NCBI GenBank assembly: GCA_977018835.1
Contig: OZ361260.1
Location: 3,224,001 to 3,288,000, forward strand
DNA: 64,000 nucleotides
Direction of reading: 5' to 3'
Source: Minutocellus sp. GHC0000111
Taxonomy: Eukaryota
Shown: piece after piece, positions 11,460 to 23,868 of the stretch
How the letters are laid out: every line of letters starts with the position of its first letter
Numbering within the stretch: position 1 is the first letter of the stretch
Program-made: the position numbers and the translations under genes
Notes under the pieces: generated by a model
Seen by the model: only the letters and a program-made list of their open reading frames with translations
Told to the model about the DNA's origin: nothing
The model's database searches: none

Positions 11460-13787
11460 TTACAAGTCGCTCTGAATGGAGTTGTACTTGGCAATGACAT
11501 AAAGCCGGCAGCAAAAATTGATACTCAGGACGACCACCAGAGCACCTCCAATGATCATTGGTCCCCGAACATCATCCCATCTGCCTGGAATGCGTGTCTT
11601 GATCCTCTCTGCTCTCCACAAGAAGACGTGCATAGCATAAATACAAAAGGCCAGAGCAATAGGCAAAAGAGCCATTGCATACCAAACCGCCCAATTCTCA
11701 CCCTCCTGGGAGGCAAACGCCAGAATGCCCGACGCAATGGTATAAAGCATGACGCCGTTATGGAGCCAATGCATAAAAACACGCTCGTTAGCGAACGAAA
11801 TCTTCGGCTCAACCTTTTGCAACCTCGTCGGTGCCATGACTGGCATGGCGTAAGCATTGTTGGATTTGGCACAGAAGGGGAAGAACCAAGAGCAGCAATC
11901 GTCATCATCATCTCCAAATTGAATATCAATATCTCCTCCATCGTCACCATAGGCATCGCCAAAGGCTTGGTTGAGTACCCCATATTTGGGATCTTTAAAT
12001 GTATCAAGATTACCAGACGATGCGGCAACCGACTGGGCTGTACGCCCAACGGCGGTCTTGGACCGATCGTCATAAACGTGACCGAAAGGAAGCAGATGGT
12101 TATAAACTTCGTTGGCTCCTGGACCAACGCCCGCCTTTCGCGTCTTCTCCTTTTCCTCATCCGTGAGATCGGCCCGAGCTAGAATCCGACCACCTCCGGA
12201 TGAAATTATCGATTCGCGAATAGAGACATCATCGATCCAGTAGGGGACACACCGAACCTCCTCTGGGAGCAAGACGGCACACCCGTGCGTAAATTTGGAA
12301 TACTTGTGGACCTCATAAAGCATTCCTGAATTTTGTAGATCACTCACCCACTGGGGTGCAACGATATCATCACCCTTGAGCTCGAGCTTGACCTCAAGGA
12401 TAGCATGAGGAAAACGGGTTATTTCGGTGTAGTCGAGAGTTTTTGTGGAGTCTCGGTGCCAAACCTTACCACCCTTGATGTCGTATCCACGCTCACTGAT
12501 CATGCAGAGGTTTGTATCCAAGCTAACACGAACCGTTGCATCGAAGGGCACCTGAAATGCAGTCCTCATGCACTGGGTGCGCATTGTAGGCACCAGCTGC
12601 TTCGTCTGAATGACCTGGATGATCTCCGATACAAGCGTTTCCCAGTCATCAGCCTCCTCCTGGCTGGCACCGCGCTTCTCAATCATCTCTTTCTTTTTCT
12701 GAGCAATTGGATACGTTCCATCGAGAACAGACGGCACCTCACTCGCATGGACCTGTTAATAAATTGGGTGGTGGAGAGGAGGGAGATGACATAAATCAGT
12801 ATCGCTGTATTTGATTCGAATAAAGGACTCGTGTACCCAGATGGAATTGCATTTCCTGAACCAACTCACAATAAAGCGTTCTTTAGCCGACGTTTCTCCC
12901 GTCCATTTATCGCGGTGTGTCTTTCGCTCGACAAAGACCAGACCATTTGGCTCTCCCGTTGCGTACCAACGAAGACGAAGGGCGATGGCTCCCTGCTTTT
13001 TGTCAAGCCGTCCATGATATAGCTCTAACTGGTCGTTGTCTAGGTATACTGAATTCGTCAGCTGAGCATCCGATTCGCCGGTGGAAGTTTTCTGCAGGAA
13101 GACGGGCAAATGCTTAAGGACGGCGTACTTCACTGCGCTCACATCCTCGGTCTTGATCCAATATTTGGAAGTCTGGCGAAGGAAGCTTTGGCTGTCGCCA
13201 CCCTTGTCTTCAGCGGTATGGTCGCCACGGAGAGCGGCATAGATGTCTGACAACCGCACAACAACGTCGGAGTAATCTCCTCGGACCCAGGCCTGTGCGT
13301 GCATCCGACTGACATAGAAGGCCTTGCAGGGGTTGCTCGGCACGTACTTGTCGTGCTTCTTCAAGATCTTGTGAAATCCCATAAAGTTCAGGTTGACGTA
13401 TTTCTCCAGGTGGAGGAATTCCTCCGCCACAGAGTCCACCATGGTCTGGATCTTGCCGCGATCGTCAGCGGTCGATTTCAGCGTCTGTTCGATGACATCG
13501 ATCTCCTCCCGCAGCTTGTTCACCTGCGTCAAAGTGAACTGCTCAACCTTGGCCAATTCGGCATCCATCTGGCGAAAGAAGGTCTCGTCGGTAATGGCAT
13601 CCGACGTCTCCGAAGCGACGGTGGCGGTGGCCGACATGGAGACGGTCCGCTTCTCGGTGTCGGTGTCCGTGGCGAAGGCCTTGGTGCTGAGCTTGCGGAT
13701 GATGTCATTGAGCGTGCCGTAGGCCAGGTAGTTCTCCTCCCCGAACTCCGGGGAGATGTTTTCCTTGAGATGCTGCTGGTATTTCAT
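11460..13787 (-). CDS. VTC4: Vacuolar transporter chaperone 4 (polyphosphate polymerase; SPX-VTC-DUF202); exons 13787-12870 and 12752-11460; 736 aa
   Basis: SPX (MKY..., LEKYVNLNFMGFHKILKKHDK); VTC (SVYLDN..LELY.GRL, ALRLRWY, FVERKTH, RTAFQ, VRVSLDTNL, FPHAILEVKL); KVEPK.SFANER followed by 3 TM. The GT-AG intron 12753-12869 joins the two tracked ORFs in frame. Confidence 0.95.
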
Positions 13788-14251
13788 CTGGTCGAGGCCG
13801 AGGTCGAGCGTGATGTGAAGGGGAAGACCGCATCAAGAGTGAAATGAAATGAGTGAGCAAAATGAGAATCGCAAAGAGGCAAGTCAAAATGGCAAAAGAA
13901 ATTCCACGATGAGGCTTTGACTACAATCAAATGAAAACTTACTCTTTTCGCTGCGTGCTAAGGTTCTTGGTTACTCGATTGATTAGGTTCAGGGGTCAAC
14001 AGGCAAGGAGATTCGAGCAGTGCCGTCGTGACCGTATCTGCTTCCACAAGATGTGTCGCGCGTCGGCGGTTGTGTGATATTTCCGGGTTCTTTTTGCCAT
14101 TAAATGACGCCATCAAAACGTCATTCGGAAAATATTTCCACAGCTGCTTGCTTTTTGTTTGACTTTGCCGCTTTGCAAGATGTGTCGTTTTTTACAGGCA
14201 AGGCAGAAGTAACGAAGAGCCACCAAGTTGTCCCAGTGAACGACCAGTGCA

Positions 14252-15481
14252 ATGAAGTCCTTCAAGAACAAGAGGAGCTCCTCCTCCAGCGGCGATCGGC
14301 CGCCCAGCGTCTCAGCCCCGCAGAGAAGCAGCAGTAATGCCGCCAGTGCCGCTGCTGCCCTCTCTCCACGCTCGTCGGCGTCTCCCACCTCTTCCGGCAA
14401 CAATGATCAATTCTCCGCCCGCCGTTCGGCCCGAGTCTCCACCAAAAAGTTTGCCGAGGGTGACAACGACACATGGCACGAGAACTTGGCCGTCATTGAA
14501 AATCCCCAGGCATCAGCAGCCGCAGCTGCCGCCGCTTCGTCGTCGGGGCGCAGCAGCGGCATTGACAGTGCTGGCAACGGCAGTGCCAACGATGGTACCG
14601 CCGAGGCCATCCCGCAGCTCACCCTGCGGTCGTACTTTCAGTCCAAGTCGACCGGCCAGAGGGTGTGGGACGAACCACCGAGCGGTGCGTCCAACGTCGT
14701 GTACGCCAGCGAGGAAGTGCGGCGGATGGCCATGATTCAGATGGAGGACCTGCAGGTCAGCACGGACGTCGTACGGGCCGCCAGTAACGCTGCTCATGCG
14801 GAGGATGGTGAGGATGGAGACGGCAGCGGCGGCGATTTGAAAAGTGGAGGGGGGAAGGGTGGCAAATCCACCAAGCCAAAGGTCCTGGGACGGTTCAAGA
14901 TTGGTCGGAAGCAAAGCTCCAACAGCACCGAGGACGGGGAAAATGCCAAGTCGAACAAGAAGGGAGGGCAGAGGCAACGCAAGATACGGTACAAACCGGG
15001 CAGGGCGCCGTACGGTGCCACCGCGGCCTACAGCCAGAGCATCGACGAGGCGCAGTTGGAGCGGGCCAAGATGCTAAGCCTGCAGGAATTGGGCGGAGGT
15101 GATGGTGATGATACTGGCGGCGACAACAGCAACCAGGATGACGGTGTGGAGGCGGCGATTGCAGCGGCCAGAATGAATGGCGATGTTGTTCCATCTTTAC
15201 CGATCACTCAATCAGAAGAAGAAGAGGAGGCGGCGATTCAGATGGCCATGGCCATCAGCCTATCGGAGGCGGAGGCGCAGAGGGCCGAACTGTCCCCAAT
15301 GGCCGCTTCGATCGATGATATGCGCCGAGAGGCGGCGGTGGCCCGACCGGAGCCGCCGGAGAATGACAATCAGTATGGCAATAGGAACAAGGGCCATGGT
15401 TCATCGTCGCTGCGGTACCGAGGAAAAGGATCAAAGTCGACGGACGATGATAGAAAACCCAGTGCCAGGAACTTATGCTAG
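14252..15481 (+). CDS. Protein with a degenerate WW-like motif and two ubiquitin-interacting motifs
   Basis: RSYFQSKSTGQRVWDEPP (C-terminal half of WW). UIM-like DEAQLERAKMLSLQE and EEEEAAIQMAMAISLSEAE. Confidence 0.7.
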   Translation: MKSFKNKRSSSSSGDRPPSVSAPQRSSSNAASAAAALSPRSSASPTSSGNNDQFSARRSARVSTKKFAEGDNDTWHENLAVIENPQASAAAAAAASSSGRSSGIDSAGNGSANDGTAEAIPQLTLRSYFQSKSTGQRVWDEPPSGASNVVYASEEVRRMAMIQMEDLQVSTDVVRAASNAAHAEDGEDGDGSGGDLKSGGGKGGKSTKPKVLGRFKIGRKQSSNSTEDGENAKSNKKGGQRQRKIRYKPGRAPYGATAAYSQSIDEAQLERAKMLSLQELGGGDGDDTGGDNSNQDDGVEAAIAAARMNGDVVPSLPITQSEEEEEAAIQMAMAISLSEAEAQRAELSPMAASIDDMRREAAVARPEPPENDNQYGNRNKGHGSSSLRYRGKGSKSTDDDRKPSARNLC

Positions 15482-15554
15482 GCAACATGGTAGAAGTGTA
15501 CATAAAAAATATTTAAATTTACACTAAGTCCATATGTATTGATAATCTCACTTT

Positions 15555-18500
15555 TTACTTACTTGTCTCTTCTGAACCAGAGGTTCCATTTTGAGAATTT
15601 CCATTTTGTTGCTTTAGTACGGACGGCTTTTCCCCACCTTCCACCTCAGTCATGGCAGTTTCCGTAATCGTGGTGTTGTTGCGTTGTTCTGAAGGTGGTG
15701 CTGATTCAAATCCTACAGAGTAACCACTCGCAGCCTGCGGGTTATCGTTGACAGGTATGTCCTCGTTTTCCTCGTCCGGGTTGTCTGGTTCTTCGTCGTA
15801 GTCCCTAGCCCGTTGAATAATCCTGGCGTTGACACTGCGCATGGTACTCCTCCGCTCCTCTTCCAGTATCTTTCGCTTTTGTGCTCGGTAGGAGAACATC
15901 TTGGGAACAAACATGAGAAGCAGAATGGCTGAACATGTAACAAAGATAATTGCCACCTCCACAAAGAACTTGGCCTGTGGGCTATCTTTGACCACAATTA
16001 GAATCGGAATGCCCATTGCCCATGCTTGCAAGATACTGGCCATTGATATGGCAATGTAGCGGTTCTCCTGGTATTCGATGGAAACGTCTCTGCATTTGTA
16101 GGCCAAGACGTTGGAAACGATCAGCATGCCGAGATTGAAAATTACCAGGACTAGGAGGAAAGGAAGTGCCGAGCCTGATTCTGCAGAGCACGTTGCATGA
16201 GAATCTGTTGACCGATCGAATGCGTCCTTGGACTCTCCCTCCACACGGGTCCATTTGAGAGGTGCGACGAAGGTCCATGTCAAAAGAACAATGATGTTGA
16301 CCAAAAGTAGAGCACCCAGTGTCTTGGCAAAGTGCACTGGTCGAAGCGTGATGGTATCAACTTCTGGTTTCCGATAAATCCGGTATACACTCCAAGTCTT
16401 GGTCAATAGTGCAGAGAATGCGATCGTGAAGCCGACACAGTAAATCCACGGGCTTGCCATACAGGCAATATCAAGTCCGCTCTCGTCCTCCACAGTGGTT
16501 TCTTCCATGCTGAGTGGAATGGTCGCAGTGCTCATTACAACGCAACCGGCAATCACAAGGCCAATAAATATAGGCTGCGAGGCCTGCACAACTCTGGATG
16601 TTCGCTTCAAGTATGCCCAGAGTAAGCAAATGAGGCCAAGGAAGATAACAATGCCCATCAAAACGTATCCAACCGTCCTACCGGCGTCCCCGATTAAATT
16701 CTGGTTCACCTCAGGAGGCGGTAAAGTATCTGGTTGCTGCGAAGTCCCATCGTTGTAAACGAATGGCTGCACGTGTTCTAGCACAAATTGTGATTTGTCT
16801 TTGTCATCCAAGTCTGGTACGGGTACAATGTGCGTCGTCGGGTGCAAGTCAAAGCCGACGATTCCTTGTTTCGATGTTGAGGCCGAACGAGCATTCCACA
16901 CAGTGTAGGTCACTCCAACTGCAGCCCGTGTGCCGGTAGCCGGATCAATATCGAGCTGGCCCGAGCTTCCTTCAAACGAGGTTTCCAAAAATTGTTCATA
17001 TACAAGCGGTCCGGGGTAAAAAGGCCCAGAACCGCTCGTTGACATTTGGCACATGGCTAAACCGAGAGATTGAATCGCATCATAAATAAAATAAGAGAAC
17101 TGACTTGGCTCAGCACTGAAGATTTCAGTTTGCTGCCGTTCTTTCTGAATAATGTCCGTCGGCTGCTTTTCTAGAAAATACTCTGACATTATTGGATCGG
17201 AAATGGCGTCAGACCATGCTTTGCGAAACCGATCGTTGGCGGTAGTGGTGGCGGAGGACGCAGAGTCGGAGAAAATAACTTGCATCATCCCCGTCTCGGC
17301 AATTATTGCCTTGTCAAAATGAGTGCTTTCGGCTTGGAAGATAGCAATGCCATTTGTAGCACTCGCAAGGGCATCGTCTAGTTGAATGCAAATAACAAAA
17401 CAAGAATTACGAATTAGAAATGATATGATGGAATGCACAACGATAAAAAGACAAAATGATTGTAAATCTTACCTTCTTGGTATCGGGCAAGGTTTTGCCA
17501 AACCTTCCGATCTACCCCGCCAACAAAAATCCAGACGTACTCTGGACCTGTAAGGCCCTGCCTCGAGGCTTCTCTCATAATGCGGTCATAGTGCTCCTCT
17601 CCAACGAGGGCGACAAAATATCGATATCCTGTCGAGGCCAAACCTGCAACGGCATTCCGCACTTCATCATCTTTGTTGTCGGAGTCACTGCCATCATCAG
17701 CCATGACATTGTCGTGAGGATCCAAGTCCATTCGATAACCAAAGCTCACACTGTCAGTGCGGATAGGAGGGACGACCTCTCCGGCCGCATCCTGAAGACT
17801 CTTTTGGAAGCTCGATCCAAAAGCATCCGTCACAAAGATCACACCGACATATTCGACCTCCAGATACTGCAGGTAGGAAATCACAGCGCTAGCATCGCTC
17901 GAGCTACTGGGCACCGTCCTGCCAAAGTAGGGATACTGCTCCTTGTTGTCGAAGTCCGTGGACGAGGAACGATATGATAGTTGTGGCAGATCACTCACTC
18001 CGGAAAGAATTGCCGTCGGAGAAGTTGAGGCACTGCGGAATGCACCCAGAACTGCCGCGGGGAGGGGCTCAATGGGCGCCGTCTCTTCCGTATGAGGTCG
18101 ATCCAAGACATCCGAAAGCAACCATGTCGATTGGATGGGACTGCACCCAGTATCAAACAGCTCTGTCGTTAGCTTCACATTGCATCCTTCGTAATTCTTT
18201 CGCACGTCGGGTTTCAATGAACCCAGAACAGTCGGGGTAATGCCCTGGTTGAAGTGAGTTACGGCCAGCAAAAGAGCGGCGGCATCGTCCGTCACACCCG
18301 GTCGAGATATCGCGTCATCAGGGCGATCTTTGCACGTGGGACAAGAATTTGAGTGATAGTGACGAATGGTGTACGGAAGAAGTGCCGTAATATCGGCCAG
18401 GTACAGAGTCTTAATGTTGTTCTGCTCGGAGTCCGTTTCATCTCTGACTTTGAATTCCACAACGTTGCACTGACCAGTCGGATCGGTCCGCGTCGCGATC

Positions 18501-18745
18501 ACCCCCATCTCCCCCGGCGATGTGCGGAGCAGATCGTAATAGGCAGGGTGCGTCTGTGGAACCGGCGCCGTCGCTCCCAAGGCACCACCACCCGCCATGA
18601 TGAGGGTGCATGCAACAAGAAGTATGAGGGCCGAGGAGGCAGACGCAGGCACGATCAGAGCGAAGGCGGAAGTCGAGAGAAAGCCACCGCCACTTGATCT
18701 TGAAGTCAGACACCGCCCACGCTTGCGGCCGGCCATTCGCGGCAT
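15555..18745 (-). CDS. Class C (GABA-B-like) GPCR with Venus-flytrap domain; exons 18745-17473 and 17377-15555; 1031 aa
   Basis: Signal/hydrophobic N-terminus. ANF-receptor motifs (LGAFRSAST, PQLSYRSSS..FDNKEQYPYFGRTVPS, YDAI, FEGSSG). 7TM_3 motifs (VVQASQPIF, CMA..W...GFTIAFSALLTKTW, AYKCRDV..EYQENRYI, LMFVPK). GT-AG intron 17378-17472. Confidence 0.92.
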
Positions 18746-19019
18746 GATGGGCTGCGTTGTATCTAACTGTGCTGCCGTTTCTCTGTCTTGACTCCAAGGG
18801 GCATGCAGGTTCAGGAGGGAGATACCACTCGGTTGCTTTTTACGTGTTTGTGCTTCCCTTTTCGATTTCGTCCTCTAGCCAGAGTTTTCTTTTACGTTGT
18901 CAAAAACTCGAAGACGGCCAGACTTCAAGCAAGACCTTTCATCACGCTCGCGCTCGAAGGCGCCAACCAGAGAGCAATACTGTACGTCACTGAGTTGCCT
19001 CTCAAAAGATACGGCAACA

Positions 19020-20132
19020 ATGAGAATTTCAGGAGCAATAGCCCTGCTGGGCACCGCCTCAATTGTATCCCCGAAAGTTTCGGCATTCTCTGCGGCATAT
19101 TCCGCGACCGACCTGCTATATCAAGACCAACAGGCCGCGAGAGCTCGCCGGGCTGCCGTCGAGGCCGACCTGCTGGGGCCCAACATCAAACCTCTCAAGG
19201 CCCCCAAGGCCAAGAAGGCGCCGGTGAAGCGCGGTTCCGGATTTGGTGCGGCATCGTCCGACAAGCGCACGCCGGCTCAGCGACTGGCGGCGCAGCAGGG
19301 CAAGATTGTCGACAAGGACGGAGTTTTGAGGATTGACAATGCCCTGGATGGTCCGACGTGTGACCGGCTGCGCGATTATGTTTTGAGGCAGCAGCGCTTG
19401 GCCGATGAGGAGACGGAAAAGAATCTGGATGTCAGTACCGAATACTATGGGGTGGAAAATCGGCGCAAAGCAAGATGCGACTTGCTTCTGAGTTTGGTAG
19501 CCAACGAGAATGCAGACGATGCGGACAAATCCATGATTCCCGACGTACTGAATAAAATACTGGGTGATGAGGGCACGCTTAGGCCGATATATGATGAGCT
19601 GGTTGGTCCCGATGGGGAGTTTTACGAGTTTGCGACCGTGATTACCAACCCTGGGTCGGACAGGCAACAAGTTCATCCGGACCTGCCACATCGACGGGAA
19701 CCGCCCCTTTATGTCATATTTTTGGCGTTGCAAGATGTTACCAAAGAAATGGGACCGACGACATTTTTATTGGGCACGCAAACACTTGAGGAACGCAACA
19801 AGTTTGATGATTACAATCTGAAAGATGAACAACTATCCACTGCAAATGCACGGCTGGCTTTGTTGAAGAAGGGCGATGCGGTTCTGTTTGATGCTAGGGT
19901 ATTGCACTGCGGCAATGCGAACGATGCCGAGAAGGGCAGCACAAGGGCCATGTTCAATTTCAGCTTTCGGAATCCCGTGGAGATTTGTTCGCTAAGATAT
20001 TGTGGTTCCATGAGACCTGGATATGTTGGTCGTCTCTCGCTGGGAATGGTTGGCGACGCCTTGAAAGGGTACGAGGAAGGAAGTAGCGAAAATCCCTTTG
20101 AAAGCTTTGGCAATGGGTTGGTCCATGGATGA
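19020..20132 (+). CDS. Plastid-targeted PhyH-family Fe(II)/2-oxoglutarate dioxygenase
   Basis: Presequence MRISGAIALLGTASIVSPKVSA-F; HPD motif (PGSDRQQVHPD), ALQDVTKEMGPT, GDAVLFDARVLHCG and a distal Arg. Confidence 0.88.
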   Translation: MRISGAIALLGTASIVSPKVSAFSAAYSATDLLYQDQQAARARRAAVEADLLGPNIKPLKAPKAKKAPVKRGSGFGAASSDKRTPAQRLAAQQGKIVDKDGVLRIDNALDGPTCDRLRDYVLRQQRLADEETEKNLDVSTEYYGVENRRKARCDLLLSLVANENADDADKSMIPDVLNKILGDEGTLRPIYDELVGPDGEFYEFATVITNPGSDRQQVHPDLPHRREPPLYVIFLALQDVTKEMGPTTFLLGTQTLEERNKFDDYNLKDEQLSTANARLALLKKGDAVLFDARVLHCGNANDAEKGSTRAMFNFSFRNPVEICSLRYCGSMRPGYVGRLSLGMVGDALKGYEEGSSENPFESFGNGLVHG

Positions 20133-20525
20133 AAAGTGAATTGTTGGCGCAGTAGTTGCGGTTCGTATCGGTAGATTTCTACACGGTATTAGCTAGAAGA
20201 TCTACTCTAGCTAGCTCAGTAGCAGACAGACCTAAGCCATTGATTGGTCTACTTTTAGGATTTAATACCCACATACAGTGCGTGTAATATCTAATAGTAC
20301 CAGTAGCTATGAGGATGGTGCTGCATTTGGTCATTTGGTCCGGCGGTGATTATTATGAACATCTAACATGTCCAAGTAAGGCGAAGCTCCGACCAAAAGA
20401 AAATTTCCACCAGACCACCCATACCGACGGTAGATCTACCCCAAGACCGATATTACCGGTGTGAATGCGCCTTCGTATTAGAATACATTTCGAAACCCTA
20501 TGGTTTTAAAAGGCATACTACGTAG

Positions 20526-23520
20526 CTAGTAGTTGAAGCCCTGACCGATCTCTGCGCTCAGTATCATCTTTGCAACCAATTCTGCGGCCCCACGGAGGAT
20601 GCAAAGGTCTCCTCTTGAGTGAGCGATTTTAACATGTAATGGTTCGTTCGAATAGCCATGGGCACCTTGCCCACTGATGCCTATTCTACACCCAGGGAAC
20701 ATCGTCAAGATCTTGTCCTTCTGTTCCCCTCTTCGTCCGAGTACAGTGTCAAAAAGTAAAGGTGCGCTGATAGTGGACCGCACCTTGACGTAGCATTCCC
20801 TCTCATGAGCCACTGGCTCGCCAATGAGGGAATTTATCTTGATATGCTCCCCTCCATTAGCCTCCTCAACTTTCTTAGCATGGATCATTCCAGCAGTGTG
20901 TTTAGCCGCGGCGACGACTTCATCTCTGTTCCTTCCTCGAATCACTACGTGCAAAGGCCCCCTTCCTGTGGTGCCATTGGACGACCGAACTCCTTCACCA
21001 AAAATCTCCAAGAAAATGTGAGGAAATCTCTTCAAGGTCTCCCTCTTTCCAGACCCTCCAAGTCCAATGATGAGATCGAAAAGGGTATCAGCAACAAGCG
21101 GAGAATCGACACGAATGTTCCACTGCTGCCTTCCGTTAGTGAAGAAGGGCATACCAACGAGATCGTGAACAGCTTGACCATTGTAATATTGGTCTTCATT
21201 GCGGGGAGGGCGAGGTTGCGGACGATCACGCTCGTACTCTCTATTAACACCAACGTAATGTCCAGAACTGCTCCTTGAGTCGGCCGGTCTTCATTGCGGG
21301 GAGGGCGAGGTTGCGGACGATCACGCTCGTACTCTCTATTAACACCAACGTAATGTCCAGAACTGCTCCTTGAGTCGGCCCAATCATTTGAATTTCTCGG
21401 CGTCGAGGAATCATCGGCTCTATTTCGTTCTAGAAGGATACCGGCAATAAGTTCTGCAGCAAAACGACAATATCAAATTCAGGTCCTTGAACGAAGACAC
21501 GAAGAGGGCCGCTGCTATCGCCAGCGACATTTTTTGATTGAAGACCATCTCCCCGGAGAAAAAAAAGTACTTTGCGATCGAACATGTGAATTAGCTTTTG
21601 TTTCTCCTTGCCCCCCTCACCAATGATGCAACCAAACGTCGAGTACTGATCAAGAGGCGAGAAAACATCCAAAAACCACGTCGACGATTGATCATCATAC
21701 AGGGGTTTTCCGGATAGCAAATCACGAGCTGCCGAAGTTGGCTGCGCCCTTACAATGCGAGCTTGTCTTTGGCTTGGATTGGCTCCTGTGGGGCCATAAT
21801 AATCTTCGGATTGAGAAATCAATCCATTCTCAGCCACTCCGTTCATAAGCACTTGAGAGAAGTATCCGGCGGCACTTTCTACTACTGCTAGATCAGACCC
21901 TTTGATGTATACTCTTAGAGGTCCATCCGTTGGCATTTTCGACTGGTCGTAAATTCCGCCCCCACGCAGACAAAAAAAGCATCCGCCTTTGAACCTGGCT
22001 AGGAATTCTTTCTTTTTACTTCCACCTTCGCCAATAATGCGTTTGAACGTCTCGGTGCTACCCAGAGGAGTGGTAGTAGCGTCCCACTTTGGGTCTAGTG
22101 GCGATTTGACTTCAACGTGCCATTGACCACCATCGAAGGAGGCATCCCCCATGATAAGCTGCCGAAAACATGAAGGCGGACGTTGGCCTGGCTTGGAGTC
22201 GTCTTCAATTGGCGGGCTCCATCCGCGCTCGACCGGATCTTTTTCTGCCGCAGCCAGGGAGCCGGCGTCGCCTTCTGCTGCTGCTGGCCCTGCCTTGCGC
22301 TTCTTTGTTGGCGACGGCAAATCTGCCCTCGCTGATTCGCTTCGGGGAGATAGCTCGGCCTTCTTCCGTACCTGCCGTACGACACGCAGCTCCCGCGTCA
22401 AGGCATTCTTGTCATTGCCATCATAGCACTTGTTCACCAACATGTGGATCACAACCTTGGCCGCGTCGTGCACCTTGCGCTCGGAGCCCTGAATCATGAT
22501 GCATTTATCTCCGACCTTGTATGAGATTGGGCCGAGTTTAGAGAATGACTCCACCGCAGACGAACTGATAGCATCATCTAGACCTAAAATAGATATAGTC
22601 ACCTGAAACTTGGCCTGCATTCGCTCATTGATCTTGCAGTCTGGACCAACAAGAGTCCCCTTGACCTTGTTTGCATCCACAGTCTCTGGAATATCAATAC
22701 GACGGACGACCTCCTCGACGATGGCATTGCTCGAGGCAATGCTGATGCTACCATCGGTCGGCATCGGTGAGAGCGTGGAAGATCCCCCGTCACAATCCAA
22801 CTGCTCTGCCGATCGCTTCCTGTCGGTATTGATAGTGATGGAGGGAACTGGGGGGGGCACGGGACGATGAATTCAACGATGAGCCCTCCTCATCGATAGG
22901 GATCGTGTGCGGGTGAGGACTAATGACCCGGGCACCTTGATCGTCATTGTTGTTGTCGTCGTCATTGGCACTGCTCCTGGTGCTTCTTGGGCCGCAGGAG
23001 CTGGAGCCGGCCTAGGTGCCCTTGCATCCGCCAATGACTTCTCTGTAGGAGCCCGATACCGCACAGAATCCACCGGAACGGTCGATTGAATGTTGGTCCA
23101 GGAATCGCTGGGCCCAGGCATCACCTCCAATAGGTAGTAATTGCTGCTGCCCCCACCTCCGACGCAGGAAATAATGGTGGCGTCTCGGGTATCCCCACCG
23201 CCGCCTTCGGTTACAAAGGGCGGCAACGCTGAAGCATTGACTGTTACGGTGCACCCAGGCGCATACTTGAGGGCAGATTCCGCAGCCGAGCGCAATTCTG
23301 TAGCTGATGCCGAGCTGGGCCGGATTCGATAAAAATTATCGCGGGTCGTCGAGCCCACGTCGATGTACACGCTGTGGATCTGGCCGAGATACGTCTGGGG
23401 AGACGCAGTAGTAGAGGGTTCGCTATCGCCACTACTGCCAGAAACGAGAACCGGACAGCCGGGAGGAAAGGGCGCCAGCGCCGCCTGATTGTCGGGGAGG
23501 GTCAGATGGGTGACCTCCAT
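20526..23520 (-). CDS. Multi-KH-domain RNA-binding protein (5 KH-like repeats), broken into three ORFs in this sequence
   Basis: GxxG-type loops LVGPD, IIGEGG (x2), IIGLGG and VLGRRG; the last four repeats are each followed by PL(R/H)V.(I/V). Interrupted near 22873 (TGA or compensating shifts), by a 1-nt shift near 21463 and by a 95-bp tandem duplication. Confidence 0.75.
21191..21380. repeat. Perfect 95-bp tandem duplication (21191-21285 / 21286-21380)
   Basis: ggtcttcattgcgggg...gagtcggcc occurs twice back to back with no visible mismatch. Confidence 0.95.
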
Positions 23521-23868
23521 GGCCGCTGCAGTCGGTCGTGAAAATAAAATCACGCAGGCTTGTTGGTCGAATCTCCCTACCGATACTGTACCAAAACCGA
23601 TCGCCGGTCACGCCACCAGAGATGACAATGCGTTCCACGCTCGCACGCACAATGAACTCAAGCGCGGGTCATTGCGTTTCGCTCCTACTCAGAGCAGAGA
23701 CGAGAATTGTGAGGAGTATTGCTCGTTTTTCAGTTCAGTTGAAAAACGACTGTTGGAATCAGACTGCCCTTCATCGGTAATCAGTCAAAAATCATCTCAG
23801 TCAGGTGCAAGTTGCAAAGTGGCCTCATTTTTATCGATACGCCGGTACCACCACCTCCCCAAAACAAC

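Noticed and set aside
13412..13425. GGAGGAATTCCTCC palindrome (and TGGGAATTCCCA near 28233) as members of the TAGGAATTCCTA family
   Set aside because: Both lie inside coding sequence and lack the TA flanks; codon content can explain them.
21191..21380. CRISPR-like or mobile repeat
   Set aside because: Two adjacent copies with no spacer, TIR or TSD; it is a simple tandem duplication.
22873..22875. In-frame TGA in the KH gene as possible selenocysteine
   Set aside because: Lies in a disordered linker with no redox motif, and no SECIS was seen. The neighbouring frame reads more protein-like, suggesting compensating frameshifts.
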